This document shows positions 63,701 through 64,000 of a stretch of 64,000 nucleotides of DNA, in pieces. The translations under genes and the position numbers were made by a program. Under the pieces are notes generated by a model. That model worked only from the letters and a program-made list of their open reading frames with translations. It had not been told where the DNA came from and did not search any database. Source of the stretch: Marsupella aquatica (lineage: Eukaryota > Plantae > Marchantiophyta); the NCBI GenBank assembly GCA_973895155.1, contig OZ316897.1, positions 19,595,224 through 19,659,223 on the forward strand, written 5' to 3'. How positions within the stretch are numbered: position 1 is the first letter of the stretch; every line of letters begins with the position of its first letter.

Positions 63701-64000
63701 TCCATTGACGAAGAGACGAGGTCCAAATCGGGGAGTACATTGCAAACGACAGTAAGTGGGGAGGGGTCGATCAGCTCGAGCATCTGCCAGGGAGGTGAAG
63801 GACATAAGCTAAGCCAAAATCAGGGAGAAAAATACCAGTGACACTCTTCTAAGCGGGAACAACCGTCTAGGCTCAGGCGCTGCAAATTCAACTTCCGACT
63901 CACACTGTCAAGGTAAGAACCTTGCTTCATGAAATCATGAACCTGAATTCTGCAACTGAACTTGAAAAACAAACAGAGCTGACTTTGCATTGTTGGACTT

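Larger units (their letters stand above)
58168..64000 (-). mobile_element. Sola-like DNA transposon inserted in the Copia integrase; other end probably beyond the window
   Basis: Copia similarity stops abruptly after FGVGTH (about 58167). It is followed by AT-rich subterminal DNA, a transposase gene and repeat arrays. The terminus is approximate and the TSD cannot be checked. Confidence 0.75.

Noticed and set aside
63198-63841. Overlapping Gly/Arg-rich and Pro/Phe-rich ORFs on both strands
   Set aside because: Stop-free frames caused by the G/A-rich repeat; no coding evidence.

Overview
Eukaryotic nuclear DNA from a land plant. Evidence: GT-AG introns, a Ty1/Copia element with a tRNA-iMet PBS, and plant gene families; a non-seed plant such as a bryophyte or lycophyte is an inference only. 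Three genes can be modelled as intact: (1) a divergent 660-aa TALE (BELL/GLX-like) homeobox gene on the minus strand, whose third helix lies in a second exon; (2) a 5-exon, 336-aa receptor-like cytoplasmic kinase; (3) a 3-exon, 213-aa orphan gene with charged 11-aa repeats and an RNxxxH (HEPN-like) motif. The rest is decayed genes and transposons. Pseudogenes: two segmentally duplicated CUE-family copies, a GT77/Nucleotid_trans glycosyltransferase, a Gfo/Idh/MocA oxidoreductase and the 3' part of a Pol eta-like gene. Transposons: the right end of a Mutator-like element with a zinc-finger accessory gene and a tandem-repeat array, a probable non-autonomous Helitron, and a nest in which a Copia element sits in the Pol eta-like intron and itself holds two TIR elements and a near-intact Sola-like DDD transposase element. 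All family calls come from recognising motifs by eye; no database searches were run.
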